Positions 18,285-28,397 of a stretch of DNA of 64,000 nt are shown piece after piece. This DNA is from Pedobacter sp. Lineage in GTDB: Bacteria > Desulfobacterota > Desulfuromonadia > Desulfuromonadales > Syntrophotaleaceae. The first letter of the stretch is position 1. Each line of letters begins with the position of its first letter. Below the pieces are notes generated by a model that worked only from the letters and a program-made list of their open reading frames with translations, searched no databases and was not told where the DNA came from. The stretch is taken from positions 1,512,679-1,576,678 of the forward strand of contig JBFWJC010000001.1 of the NCBI GenBank assembly GCA_050253415.1, read 5' to 3'. The position numbers and the translations under genes are program-made.

Positions 18285-19526
18285 TTAGCGCTTGAGGTTG
18301 ATCAGTTCGCTAAGCATTTCGTCGGTGGTGGTGATGACTTTGGAGTTTGCCTGAAAACCTCTTTGGGTCGTGATCATTTTTACAAATTCAGAGGCCAGGT
18401 CAACGGTCGACTGTTCAAGCGAGTTGGTAAAGATTTTGCCCAGTTCAGTACCGGGGACACCGATGCGGGGAGAGCCCGATTCGCTGGTTGCGGAAAACAG
18501 GCTGGCCCCCTCTTTTTGCAGGCCGTTGAAATTGGAAAATTTGGCCAATGCGATCCGTGAGATTTTGACCTCTTCACCGTTGGAATACTTGGCCAGCACG
18601 TTTCCAGAATTATCTATGTCGATATTGGTGAGGTTACCCGAACTGTAGCCGTCCTGAGTCTGGGAAATAACCTGGGAATCGTTGGCGAACTGGGTGGTAT
18701 TCTCCAAGGCAAAATCGATGGTCTGAGCCGCAACGCCGGTGGCCAGAGTAAGAGGACCGATGGTTGCGGAGCCGCCGGAGATCTGGGTGCCGCTGGTGTC
18801 AAAAACCAAAGAGTTGGAGGCTGCGGCGGAGGAGTAGACGACAGCGTCATTTTCATCCACAACGTTCCAGTCCCAGGTATTGTCGGCGCTCTTGGTGAAG
18901 TAAGTGGTCAGCTGATGGGTGGCGCCCAAGGAGTCGAAAATGGTTGTGGAATTGGAATAATTATAGGTCGTGCTGTCTGCAGGATCAAAGGTTGCGCTGA
19001 TGATGTCAGCGTTGGCGTCAAGATTGGTTGACAGGGTCATGCTGCTGGTCATTCGGGCTGAAAGACCGGCGTTGATGTTGACCTGGATATCGGTGGGATC
19101 CGCACCGGAAAGTACGTCGTTTATATAGCTTATGCCCTGAACCCGATATCCTTCAGCATTGGTCAGGTAGCCCTCGCCATCAAAGCGGAACGAGCCAGCC
19201 CTTGTGAAATACAGGCTTTCATTGTCCTCCGCACGCACCACAAATAAGCCCTCGCCCTCGATAGCCAGATCCGTTTCCGACTCGGTGGTTTCGAATGTGC
19301 CCTGGCTGAAGAGGTTGTCGACCGAGGATAAACCTGTTCCCCGTCCAACCTGGGCTTCGCCGCCGGACCCGTTGACGGAGCTGGCCAGCAGGTCGGAAAA
19401 TACGGTGCGGCTCGATTTAAATCCAACGGTATTGGTGTTGGCGATATTGTTACCGATAACGGACATGGCCGTACCGTTGGTGTTCATGCCGCTGATGCCA
19501 CTGTAAAGTGCGCTTGAAAGGGCCAT
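18285..19526 (-). CDS. flgE: flagellar hook protein FlgE
   Basis: IGNNIANTNTVGFK; TRAGSF; QRGFQANSKVITT. Confidence 0.95.
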   Translation of the reverse strand: MALSSALYSGISGMNTNGTAMSVIGNNIANTNTVGFKSSRTVFSDLLASSVNGSGGEAQVGRGTGLSSVDNLFSQGTFETTESETDLAIEGEGLFVVRAEDNESLYFTRAGSFRFDGEGYLTNAEGYRVQGISYINDVLSGADPTDIQVNINAGLSARMTSSMTLSTNLDANADIISATFDPADSTTYNYSNSTTIFDSLGATHQLTTYFTKSADNTWDWNVVDENDAVVYSSAAASNSLVFDTSGTQISGGSATIGPLTLATGVAAQTIDFALENTTQFANDSQVISQTQDGYSSGNLTNIDIDNSGNVLAKYSNGEEVKISRIALAKFSNFNGLQKEGASLFSATSESGSPRIGVPGTELGKIFTNSLEQSTVDLASEFVKMITTQRGFQANSKVITTTDEMLSELINLKR

Positions 19527-19544
19527 TTGTGCTCTCCTTGTAAG

Positions 19545-19598
19545 GGACCGCGTCTGTCAGTCGGCGATCCGCGAACCTCCTCGAGAGGACCGGTTCGG
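19545..19598 (-). promoter_or_regulatory. two-hairpin structured element between the TIGR02530-type gene and the flgE RBS
   Basis: Minus strand gaacc-(tcctc tc gagga)-ggttc, then ggatcgc-[cgactgacagac]-gcggtcc immediately before AAGGAG. Confidence 0.55.
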
Positions 19599-19976
19599 TT
19601 AAGCGATAATTGCGCTGTCTATGTTGGTGAAGACGTTGTCTTTTAGCTGGGCTTGATCCATGACCGTGACGACCTGGCGATTTTTTACACTGACCACCAG
19701 CGCGGTGTTGTCCATCAGTACCAGCGAATCGCGACCACCTTTGGCTTGCACCTGGGCGACGGCTCCATTGAGTCTTTGCAGCTCGCTGTCTGAAAAGCAG
19801 ATACCGCGACTGGCCATGCGGTCTTGAGCGTGGCGGGAAAATCCCACCTTGTGGTCCATCTGTCGTGCCAGGGCCTGATCGAAGGAGCCCGCGGTGGCCT
19901 TCGTTTTTGCGCCGGAGACCTTATTCAGGGTCTGGGTCAGCGAAGGCTGCGGAAGGATTGTAAGGCGCTCGCTCAT
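19599..19976 (-). CDS. flagellar operon protein (TIGR02530-type)
   Basis: FSRHAQDRMASRGI...KGGRDSLVL...ALVVSVKNRQVVT...NVFTNIDSAII; lies between flgD and flgE. Confidence 0.88.
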   Translation of the reverse strand: MSERLTILPQPSLTQTLNKVSGAKTKATAGSFDQALARQMDHKVGFSRHAQDRMASRGICFSDSELQRLNGAVAQVQAKGGRDSLVLMDNTALVVSVKNRQVVTVMDQAQLKDNVFTNIDSAIIA

Positions 19977-19980
19977 AGGC

Positions 19981-20640
19981 TTAATTCCTGACGCTGGTCA
20001 CTTTGCCGAGACTGTATTGACCGGCGCTGGTGACCACTGCACTGCTGCCGCCGTTGAGGTCGACGCCGGTGACTGAGGTTCTCAGTAGAGGTTTGCCACT
20101 GGTGGTCGACTCGCCGTCTAACTTGGTGAGAATCTTTAATTGATACTCGCCGGCCGGCAGCGTTGTTCCGGAGGCATTCGTGCCGTTCCAGTTGATAAAA
20201 TGCTCACCGGCGGATAGTTCTGATCCGTCCAGGGTCGCGACTGTTTTGCCGTCAGCATTTTGGATAACGACCTGTGCCTCGTCGACACTGCCGGATAGTT
20301 CATAGCCCAGGGTTACCGGGTTGCTGCCCAACGTAAAGCTGTCGGACTGCACGACCACATCTTGTCCCATCAGTCCTAGAGCAGTCATTTGCACGACGTT
20401 GTTGTTGGTCGTTTCGAGCTGTCCGAGTTGATCGTTGACCGTGAACAGCTGTTCCAGGGAGCTGTATTGCGCAAGTTGCGATGTAAACTCCGTGGGATCC
20501 TGGGGATTGAGGGGATCCTGATTTTGCAGCTGAGTAACGAGCAGCAGCAGAAAATCATCCTTACCCAGGTTGCTCGCCCCGGTGAGACTGCCTGTAATAC
20601 TGCCGTTTGAAGTGCTGGTGACATCGGTAACTGTTGTCAT
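19981..20640 (-). CDS. flgD: hook-capping protein FlgD
   Basis: LGKDDFLLLLVTQLQNQDPLNP. Confidence 0.95.
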   Translation of the reverse strand: MTTVTDVTSTSNGSITGSLTGASNLGKDDFLLLLVTQLQNQDPLNPQDPTEFTSQLAQYSSLEQLFTVNDQLGQLETTNNNVVQMTALGLMGQDVVVQSDSFTLGSNPVTLGYELSGSVDEAQVVIQNADGKTVATLDGSELSAGEHFINWNGTNASGTTLPAGEYQLKILTKLDGESTTSGKPLLRTSVTGVDLNGGSSAVVTSAGQYSLGKVTSVRN

Positions 20641-20657
20641 GGTTTTGACCTGTCTCT

Positions 20658-22187
20658 TTAAATCCTCAAACTGAGGCCCTTGTCGGAAGATTGCCTGTTA
20701 GCCTGGACCGGCAGGTGCTGTTCTTCGGATTGCAGGGAAGAACGGTTCGCGTGTCGCCAGGGATTTTGCTGGGCCTGTTGTTGCTGCTGGCGATCGAAAA
20801 ATCCCTGGGCATTGTTTCGTTGGGCATCGACGCTGACCTGAATGGTTTCCAGGCGCAGCCCCTGTTGCTGCAGAGCTTCCTGCAGACGGGGCAGGTGCTT
20901 TTCAAGTATGTCGCGCACTTCACTGCTTTGGGCCTGGAGATGCAGTTGGAGACGGTCTTGCTCCTGAACGAGGTTGAGTTTCACCTGTCCCAGATCTTCA
21001 GGATGCAGCTCCACCGTGAGGTGTCGTTTGCCTTCCAGTTCGCGCAGCGAAGATCGCTGGATTACCTGCTCCATAACGTCTTGCTCCGGTACGAAAAAGC
21101 CGGACTTTTGCTGCAGGGATGCTTCTTGGGCTGCCGAGGTATGCACCACAGAAGATCCCGGTGTCATCAGGTTTCCCAACATGGGGGCTTGCCCATTGTT
21201 CGCGTTTATGCCACCGGACATTTCATTGCTTCCACTTGTCGGGCTTTCGCTGACCAAGGCATTAAGTTGCAATGCATGATCCTCCGGCAGGGAAGGACTT
21301 GTCTCTTCGCCTACTGCCTGGAGAGTCTCCATTACGACAGAATGTGTTCCATTACTCTTTCCGTTGCCAGAATCCTGTTGCAGTAACGAATGACCATCGT
21401 TCGCAGTTGATGTTTGTGCTGCAGGGGTCATGTCGGTGTTTTCGGATAATCCTGAAACGGAATTTTCCCCGGCGGTAATCTGCGTGCCGGATAATTCGGA
21501 TCCGGGTGTATCTCCGCGTCCAAGCAACTGTGCGAATCGATGGTCTCCAAGGGAAGTCGATTTTGCTTTCAGTGAAGGGGCGGTCCCCGAACCGAGAGTC
21601 CCGGGAGGAATAACCGGGATTTGTGCGTTTTGGGTCGTAGCTATCTGCTGTACGCTGCTGTTTGTCTTCGCCTGCTCGGAAGTAGCAGCTGGCGACACCG
21701 CATTGGAAAGCTGTTGGGCACCGTTAGCGGATGGTTTTGCGGTTTCAGAGAGTTGTTCCGTGATTGTTTTGCCATCGGCAAGATCAAACGGGTGTTCCTG
21801 GTCTGCTTGTTCCGTTGCCACGTGCAAGTCAGTTCGTATGCTCGACACGGCATCCAACTCAGAACCATCAGGTATCTGTCCCTGTATGCTGTTGGAACAG
21901 CTGGGGGCGAGATTTTGAGCTGCGGCCAAAGCTTGCGCATCCGCATCAGGCATGGCATCCGGTGCCGTTTCCTTTGCTTTTTCTTTTGTGGTGGAACTTT
22001 CGGTGGTATGGCGTTTTGCGGATTTTGCCTCGGATTGTTTTGGCACAGACGTCGGTTCAGCCTTATTGGCCTTGCCGGATTGCTGGTTTAAAACACTCTG
22101 AAATACACCTTCGGTGCTTGAGTCCGACGGTTTTCCCACACGCGCAGCAGAGGGGGTATTGGGCAGGGTTGCGGGTAGCATTTGCAT
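20658..22187 (-). CDS. fliK: hook-length control protein FliK
   Basis: Long low-complexity N-terminus; C-terminal VELHPEDLGQV...LPRLQEALQQQGL. Confidence 0.88.
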   Translation of the reverse strand: MQMLPATLPNTPSAARVGKPSDSSTEGVFQSVLNQQSGKANKAEPTSVPKQSEAKSAKRHTTESSTTKEKAKETAPDAMPDADAQALAAAQNLAPSCSNSIQGQIPDGSELDAVSSIRTDLHVATEQADQEHPFDLADGKTITEQLSETAKPSANGAQQLSNAVSPAATSEQAKTNSSVQQIATTQNAQIPVIPPGTLGSGTAPSLKAKSTSLGDHRFAQLLGRGDTPGSELSGTQITAGENSVSGLSENTDMTPAAQTSTANDGHSLLQQDSGNGKSNGTHSVVMETLQAVGEETSPSLPEDHALQLNALVSESPTSGSNEMSGGINANNGQAPMLGNLMTPGSSVVHTSAAQEASLQQKSGFFVPEQDVMEQVIQRSSLRELEGKRHLTVELHPEDLGQVKLNLVQEQDRLQLHLQAQSSEVRDILEKHLPRLQEALQQQGLRLETIQVSVDAQRNNAQGFFDRQQQQQAQQNPWRHANRSSLQSEEQHLPVQANRQSSDKGLSLRI

Positions 22188-22263
22188 GGGTTTTCACCTC
22201 CTTTCCTTAGGGATGGTGGTGGAAACCCGGGCATGCCGCCCGACTATGGAAAAGTGGGGCGGT

Positions 22264-22779
22264 TCAGTCCCGCGCCAGGGCGGGAAAGGAAGAACTCAGC
22301 TTTGCGGCGGTTTTTGCGTCCAGATTATCCAGGACCCGGCCAGCGGCTTTGACCTTCATGTTCTGCAGGATTTCCACCGAGAGCTCAAGATCCAGATCCG
22401 CGATAATGGCTGCCGCATTGGCCGGTTCCATTTTTTCGTAAATCTTGCTCAAGGTTTTAACTTTGACCGACTCCTGTTCCGTTTTCCGTTCCAGCAGGCG
22501 GGAAACCTCGTTGCGAACCTTGTTGAGCTCTGTTAGTTTCTTATCGACCTCCGACTGCAGGGTCTTTAGTTCCATTTCCTGTTTTTCCAAAGCTTTATCT
22601 CTTATTCTGATTTTTTGCAGTTCGGTCTGAATTGCGGCCTCGATGCGGCGTTCGGTGACGGAGCTTTCGGTCATAGCGGTACCCGATGCAAAGCTATCCT
22701 CTGCACGCAAGGTTGTGGCACAACAGGCGATAACAATGCCGGCAGTCAACAATATGGTAGCCAGATTACGCTTGTTCAT
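22264..22779 (-). CDS. MotE/FlbB-like periplasmic protein (coiled coil plus MgtE_N-like repeats)
   Basis: Signal or TM segment, coiled coil and KIYEKMEPANAAAII...MKVKAAGRVLDNLD; follows fliJ. Confidence 0.75.
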   Translation of the reverse strand: MNKRNLATILLTAGIVIACCATTLRAEDSFASGTAMTESSVTERRIEAAIQTELQKIRIRDKALEKQEMELKTLQSEVDKKLTELNKVRNEVSRLLERKTEQESVKVKTLSKIYEKMEPANAAAIIADLDLELSVEILQNMKVKAAGRVLDNLDAKTAAKLSSSFPALARD

Positions 22780-23216
22780 AGGCTTTGCTTCCCGAGCAAC
22801 AGAGCAATTTCGTCCAGGTCGTTCATTTCCTGCCTGAGCATGTCTTGCCGGTACTCGTCCTCTCTTTTCGTCTTGAGTTTTTCCATCAGGGTTTTGTCTT
22901 TGCTGGCTTCGGTCAGGCGCATGCGCTGCTGCTCTGTCCGGGTGTGCAGGGTGGCAGCCTCCGCACGCAGTTCTTTGAGTTTGGCGGCTTGTCGTTTGAG
23001 GCTGCGCTCGTAGATGAGCAACTCCTGCAAAACCATGCCTTTGATTTTTTTCTGCTCAAATTCCTGTTCCAGTTCCCGGCAGGCCTGCTGATGGTTTTTT
23101 ATGACTTGTTCCATGGCGGCTTCTTCCGCCATCGCCTCGGCGAGGGTCTGGCGGGCCTGGTTTTCGAGCAGGGTGCGATGCTTGAGCAGTGACTGAAGCT
23201 TGAATTTAAATGCCAT
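22776..23216 (-). CDS. fliJ: flagellar export protein FliJ
   Basis: FKFKLQSLLKHR; C-terminal EMNDLDE. Confidence 0.9.
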   Translation of the reverse strand: MAFKFKLQSLLKHRTLLENQARQTLAEAMAEEAAMEQVIKNHQQACRELEQEFEQKKIKGMVLQELLIYERSLKRQAAKLKELRAEAATLHTRTEQQRMRLTEASKDKTLMEKLKTKREDEYRQDMLRQEMNDLDEIALLLGKQSL

Positions 23217-23225
23217 GGCGACCTC

Positions 23226-24527
23226 TTAGAGTTTGAGCTCTTGCAGCTGGGCGATAGTGGCCGGAAGATCGACGGCTTCGTGAACCCGTTGGCGCAGGAA
23301 GCTGGTGACGGCGTCGATATGTGCCAGGGCAAAGTCGATTTTCTGGTTGCTGCCTTTTTTATAGGCGCCGATGTTGATAAGGTCCTCCGCCTCCTGATAG
23401 GTGGCGAGCACTTCCCGCAGTCGGCCGCTTTGCTCCTGGTGGTCCTTGTCGACCACGGCGTTCATGACGCGGCTGGCCGAATGCAGGATATCGATGCAGG
23501 GGTAGTGGTTTTTTGCGGCCAGTCGGCGGGATAGCACGATATGACCATCGAGGATCGAGCGTACCGCATCGGCTATCGGTTCGTTCATGTCGTCACCTTC
23601 CACCAGCACCGTGTACAGGCCGGTAATGCTGCCGCTGTCGCGGAAGCTGCCGGCGCGCTCCAGGAGTTTGGGCAGGGTGGCGAATACCGAAGGCGTGTAA
23701 CCTTTGGTGGTCGGCGGTTCGCCAACTGCCAGACCTACTTCGCGCATGCCCATGGCGAAACGGGTGACGGAATCCATCATCAGCAATACGTTTTGTCCCT
23801 GTGCGCAAAAGTACTCGGCGATGGTGGTGGCGACAAACGCTCCGCGCATGCGCAGCAGGGGTGATTGATCCGAGGTCGCCACGATCACCACGCTGCGGGC
23901 CAATCCTTCGGGGCCCAGGTCGCGTTCGATGAACTCGCGGACTTCGCGGCCACGCTCCCCGATCAGCGCGATGACGTTGACGTCGGCCAGGGTGTTCTGG
24001 GCAATCATTCCCAGCAGGGTGCTTTTACCTACGCCGGAGCCGGCCATGATGCCCATGCGCTGTCCCTGTCCGCAGGTGAGAAGCCCGTTAATCGCGCGAA
24101 TCCCCAGATCCAGCGGGCGATCTATGGTGTCGCGCTCCATGGGGCCGGCCGGTAGTGCATATAAGGGCATGTCGATCTCGCGGCTGATGGCGGGACCGTT
24201 ATCGATAGGTTGGCCCATGGCATCGATAACCCGTCCCAGCAGCTCCCGGCCGACGGGCATGGTGGCGCTGTTGGAAACCACCCGTATGCGGCTGCCTGGT
24301 CCCAGCCCGCGCAATTCGCCAAGCGGCATCAGCAGAGCACGGGAATTGCGAAAACCAACCACCTCGGCCGGAACCGGAGTCCCTCCGTCACGCGGGATCA
24401 ATTCGCACAGGGTGCCGACGGTCGCAGCGGGACAATACCCTTCGACCACCAGCCCGACGATCTGGGTAACCTTGCCGGTTACCTGGATCGGGGCCAGGCT
24501 ATCGAGGCATTCCAGCAGACGGTCCAT
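23226..24527 (-). CDS. fliI: flagellar export ATPase FliI
   Basis: GSGVGKST; GERGREVREF; GEPPTTKGYTPSV. Confidence 0.96.
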   Translation of the reverse strand: MDRLLECLDSLAPIQVTGKVTQIVGLVVEGYCPAATVGTLCELIPRDGGTPVPAEVVGFRNSRALLMPLGELRGLGPGSRIRVVSNSATMPVGRELLGRVIDAMGQPIDNGPAISREIDMPLYALPAGPMERDTIDRPLDLGIRAINGLLTCGQGQRMGIMAGSGVGKSTLLGMIAQNTLADVNVIALIGERGREVREFIERDLGPEGLARSVVIVATSDQSPLLRMRGAFVATTIAEYFCAQGQNVLLMMDSVTRFAMGMREVGLAVGEPPTTKGYTPSVFATLPKLLERAGSFRDSGSITGLYTVLVEGDDMNEPIADAVRSILDGHIVLSRRLAAKNHYPCIDILHSASRVMNAVVDKDHQEQSGRLREVLATYQEAEDLINIGAYKKGSNQKIDFALAHIDAVTSFLRQRVHEAVDLPATIAQLQELKL

Positions 24528-25231
24528 CAGGCCTGCTCCAGGGTTGCCAGCAGGCTGCGGTGGATCTGGTCGAGTTGCCCGTCAATGGTGGCATCGACAT
24601 CGCCTATTTCCGATTCGAGCAGGCAGCCGCCTCTGCTGATGCCGGGGTCCGGCTGGAAGGACAAGTTCTTGAGGCCGTTGATGCTTGCCAGAAACAGGGG
24701 TTTGTGGTCGGTCACGATCTCAAGATCGGCGGGATTGACCCGGACATGATAATAATCGGCCCGTACCGCCATGGTCAGTGCCCGCCCGATGGTGTCGATG
24801 ATGACTTGCGGGTTGACACTGGTTTCGGCGTGCAGCACCTGGCGAACGATAGACATCACCAGTCTCAGCATGTCGTTGCTGCTGTTTTGCAGCAGCGAGC
24901 CTCGCAGGCGGCTGACCTCCTCCATAGCCTGGGCCAGCATATCGCTGGCGTGGCCAAAGTGCTCTCTGGCTTCCCGCTGGGCATCTTCACGCCCCTGCCG
25001 GAAGGCTGCTTCCAGTTCCAGCTGATGATCGATGGTCGGATGTGCCTGAGGGGGGGTCGCCTGGTCCTCTTGCGTGGCTTGGGGATCGCAGGCTTCTTCC
25101 GGTTCAGGGCTGGACGGATGCTGATCCAGGGGATGGAAATGATCCACCGGCATATCGTTGCCAAGTTCCCTGAACTGCAATGGTTTCAGATCCTGTGGAT
25201 TACAGGGGCGTATCACTTTAGACAAGAGCAT
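24527..25231 (-). CDS. fliH: flagellar assembly protein FliH
   Basis: VNPADL and GGCLLESEIGDVDATI; start trimmed to the ATG overlapping the fliG end (TTG at 25225 is an alternative). Confidence 0.88.
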   Translation of the reverse strand: MLLSKVIRPCNPQDLKPLQFRELGNDMPVDHFHPLDQHPSSPEPEEACDPQATQEDQATPPQAHPTIDHQLELEAAFRQGREDAQREAREHFGHASDMLAQAMEEVSRLRGSLLQNSSNDMLRLVMSIVRQVLHAETSVNPQVIIDTIGRALTMAVRADYYHVRVNPADLEIVTDHKPLFLASINGLKNLSFQPDPGISRGGCLLESEIGDVDATIDGQLDQIHRSLLATLEQA

Positions 25232-26240
25232 CCTGACCACCTCTGCCGGGGAGTATGATTTTTCCATCTTCTTCAAGCTTCAACGCTATCTTCACAATCT
25301 CCTGCTGAACAGCTTCGACTTCAGACAGCTTGACCGGACCCATGGCTTCCAAATCATCCATGATCATTTCAGCAGCGCGTTCGGAAATGTTCTCGAATAC
25401 TTTTGACTTGAGATCCTCGGAAGCCGACTTGAGAGACAGGGTCAACTGGTTGTTGTTCACCTCGCGTAGCAGAAGCTGCATGGTCCGACCATCCATTTTC
25501 GACAAGTCTTCAAAGGTGAACATCTGCTTGCGGATATTTTCTGCCAGGGTGCGGTCGGTTTTCTCGATATTGAGAAGAATATTACGGTCCGCGCCACTGC
25601 CCAGATGGTTGATAATGTCAACCGCTTTACCGATACCGCCGATCTGGTGTTGTTCCTTATGTGCCACAACGCGGATTTCCTGCTGCAGGGCGGTTTCGAT
25701 CTGAACCAGAACTTCCGGCGAAACCTTGTCGATCTTTGCGATGCGGAACATGATATTCGACTGTACATCCTCAGGAAGGTAATTGAGGATCTTGGCGGCG
25801 TGATCCACGCGCTGGGTCGACAGGATAACCGCTATGGTCTGGGGCATTTCGGCCCCCAGAAGGCTGGCCACCATGCGGGGATCCATCATGGCAATGGTTT
25901 CCAGGGCTCTGGCTCCGGACTCGAGGTTATCCATACCGAGGGATACCTGGGCCATGAGTTTTTTTGCGCGCTCCTCGTTGCCGCTTCCGGAAATGGCTTT
26001 TTTGACGAATTCGTTACTGCGCACGAAAAAGCCTGTATTGTTTTTTTGCGCCAGGGCGAATTCTTCAAGAATCTGTTCGGAAACCTTGGCAGGAATATGT
26101 TCGATAGCCAGCATGCAGCGGCTTATCTCCCGCACTTCGGCATCGCCAAGGGACTCAAACACCTGTGCGGTGGCTTGTTCGCCCAGGGTAAGCAACAGCA
26201 CCGCAGCTTTTTCCGGACCGGTCAGTTTTTTTATGTCCAT
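25218..26240 (-). CDS. fliG: flagellar motor switch protein FliG
   Basis: KAAVLLLTLG; EMPQTIA; MFTFED; GPVKLSEVE. Confidence 0.95.
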   Translation of the reverse strand: MDIKKLTGPEKAAVLLLTLGEQATAQVFESLGDAEVREISRCMLAIEHIPAKVSEQILEEFALAQKNNTGFFVRSNEFVKKAISGSGNEERAKKLMAQVSLGMDNLESGARALETIAMMDPRMVASLLGAEMPQTIAVILSTQRVDHAAKILNYLPEDVQSNIMFRIAKIDKVSPEVLVQIETALQQEIRVVAHKEQHQIGGIGKAVDIINHLGSGADRNILLNIEKTDRTLAENIRKQMFTFEDLSKMDGRTMQLLLREVNNNQLTLSLKSASEDLKSKVFENISERAAEMIMDDLEAMGPVKLSEVEAVQQEIVKIALKLEEDGKIILPGRGGQDALV

Positions 26241-26280
26241 GGTACGTCTTTCAGGGGGTCAGGGATAAACCGGTTTAATC

Positions 26281-27834
26281 TCAATTGTCCTTAAGCCAGG
26301 CTTTGATGACCTGCGCCGGGTCGTTCTGTTGCGTCTGGGCTCCCCCGGGGAGACTAAGCGGAGCTTCCTGTTTTGCGCCGCCGTGGGGCAGGCCCGCCAT
26401 CTCCGATTCGAGTTGCTCAACCGTTTTGTAATGCTCTACCATGCGTCCCTCGCCGCGTAATACCTGCAGCAGCGGGCGAATAATCAGGAAATAAAGCAGC
26501 CCCACCGCAAGGCACAAAAGTGCGTATTTGATCATCGGTATCATCTGATAAATACGACTCCAGGGCGATGCTTTGACAAGTGGTTCGGTGCTGAATGCGG
26601 TTTCAAAAGGCCTTGATATGACCGCTATCTGATCACCGCGTGTCGGATTGATTCCAAGTGCCCGACTGACCATTTTTTCGATGGCCGCCAGTTCTTTAGC
26701 ATCACGCGGTTCCGTGGTAGGCGCAGAGTCTTCGCTATTTTCCACCAGACGATCGGCAACCAGCACCGCCACCGAGATGTTTTTAAGGGTACCCACCGGG
26801 TCGACCTGCTTGCTGACCACTTTGCTGATTTCGTAGTTGATCGTTTCATTGGTACGGCTGGTCGGGATGAACGAGGACCCTCCTTGTTCGTCTTTGATAT
26901 TGGATTGCACGCCGGGAACGCCACCGGTACCGGTGATGCCGCCTTTTTCAGTGGAAGACTGCTCGCTGCGCACCGCTGTGGTGTTAGGGTCGTAGCTTTC
27001 CTCCATGCGTTCGCGCTGGGTATAATCGATCACCGCGGTGACCTGCACCATGGAGTTGCCCATCCCCAGAGCCCGGTCGAGCAGGGCCTGAGCGCGCAAT
27101 TCCAGGCTTTGTTCCAGGTTCTTCTGGTATTCAAGCATGTCCGGTGCCGTGCCCGTTCCGGCGGTGTGGTCGCGGGTTTTGGACAACACCCGGCCGTTGT
27201 CATCGATAACGGCCACCTGTTCGGAATCGAGCCCGTCGACACTGCCGGACACCAGGTTGACGATTCCGAGAATCTGGCCTTCGTGCAGGCTCTGGCCGGC
27301 GGCCAGTTTGACAATAACCGAGGCGCTGGCCTTTTGTTGCTGGTCGCGAAACAGGCGTTTTTCCGGTAATGCCAGATGAACCCGTGCGGCTTCAACCGGT
27401 GCCAGAGAAGCGATGGTGCGCGCCAACTCGCCTTGAAGGGCCCGCAGATAGTTGATCTTTTGCGCAAAGTCGGTCATGCCGAAACTCTGTTTGTCAAATA
27501 TTTCAAAACCGACGCCGCCGCCATTGGGCAACCCACTTCCCGCCATGGCAAGCCGGGTTTCGTAGACCTGATCCGCCGGGATAAAGATGGCACGCCCACC
27601 GTTTTCGAGACGGTAGGGTACCTTCTGCTCTTTAAGTCGATCTACGACGGCCGAGGCGTCAGCACTGTCGAGGTTGCCGAACAGAAGCTGATAGTCGGCT
27701 TTATTCGCCTGCAGAATAATGCCGGCAAAAAACACGATGCAGACAAGTATCGTTGCGGCGAGACTTAATTGGCGCTTGCGGGGCCACTGTCGAATGGTCT
27801 CGATCAGATTTGACGGAGCGGTTGTTTCGGCCAT
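26281..27834 (-). CDS. fliF: flagellar MS-ring protein FliF
   Basis: GVGFEIFD; RALQGELARTI; ARVHLALP; two TM helices. Confidence 0.96.
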   Translation of the reverse strand: MAETTAPSNLIETIRQWPRKRQLSLAATILVCIVFFAGIILQANKADYQLLFGNLDSADASAVVDRLKEQKVPYRLENGGRAIFIPADQVYETRLAMAGSGLPNGGGVGFEIFDKQSFGMTDFAQKINYLRALQGELARTIASLAPVEAARVHLALPEKRLFRDQQQKASASVIVKLAAGQSLHEGQILGIVNLVSGSVDGLDSEQVAVIDDNGRVLSKTRDHTAGTGTAPDMLEYQKNLEQSLELRAQALLDRALGMGNSMVQVTAVIDYTQRERMEESYDPNTTAVRSEQSSTEKGGITGTGGVPGVQSNIKDEQGGSSFIPTSRTNETINYEISKVVSKQVDPVGTLKNISVAVLVADRLVENSEDSAPTTEPRDAKELAAIEKMVSRALGINPTRGDQIAVISRPFETAFSTEPLVKASPWSRIYQMIPMIKYALLCLAVGLLYFLIIRPLLQVLRGEGRMVEHYKTVEQLESEMAGLPHGGAKQEAPLSLPGGAQTQQNDPAQVIKAWLKDN

Positions 27835-28089
27835 GGGGCCAAACCTTTCATTGTCATGGGCGGGTATGCCGAATCCTGACGGTTACGGATATTCGGCAGG
27901 CTCATCCCTGGAAACGCACGATTAATAATGATGAGGGCAAACAATCCGCCTTCATCTGTTACGGGGTATGCGTTCTGTCATGATACTGACATTCCGAACG
28001 CTCCCCCTTGTGTGAGAGTTGACAGGTCACCGTCGATGTGACAACCAACGAAATCTGTCCAAAGCAAATCACAAAGGATGGCAAAACCA

Positions 28090-28389
28090 TTAAATCTGCA
28101 TGCGCATTACTTCCTGATAGGCCTCAAGAACCTTGTTTCGCATCTGTACCATCAGGCGCATGGAAATACCGGCTTTTTCCATGGAGATCATGACTTCGTG
28201 GATATTACGGGACTCGCCGGTCTGCAACTTTTCGATGGCCTGGTCGGCCTGAATCTGCGTCTTGTTGACGGCCTCGATGGCTCCGGAAAGCATGTCGCCA
28301 AAAGAAGAGCCGCTTTTCTGAGTTTGCGTTCCTGCGTCGGTTTTGGCTACCGCCGCTACGGTCTGGGGAATCGCACCGATGTTTTTCAT
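28090..28389 (-). CDS. fliE: hook-basal body protein FliE
   Basis: IHEVMISMEKA...RNKVLEAYQEVMRMQI. Confidence 0.95.
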   Translation of the reverse strand: MKNIGAIPQTVAAVAKTDAGTQTQKSGSSFGDMLSGAIEAVNKTQIQADQAIEKLQTGESRNIHEVMISMEKAGISMRLMVQMRNKVLEAYQEVMRMQI

Positions 28390-28397
28390 AAGTCTCC

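Noticed and set aside
27835..28089. c-di-GMP-I/GEMM riboswitch upstream of fliF
   Set aside because: GGCAAAC occurs only on the antisense strand and lacks the GAAA loop/GACGCAAAG core.
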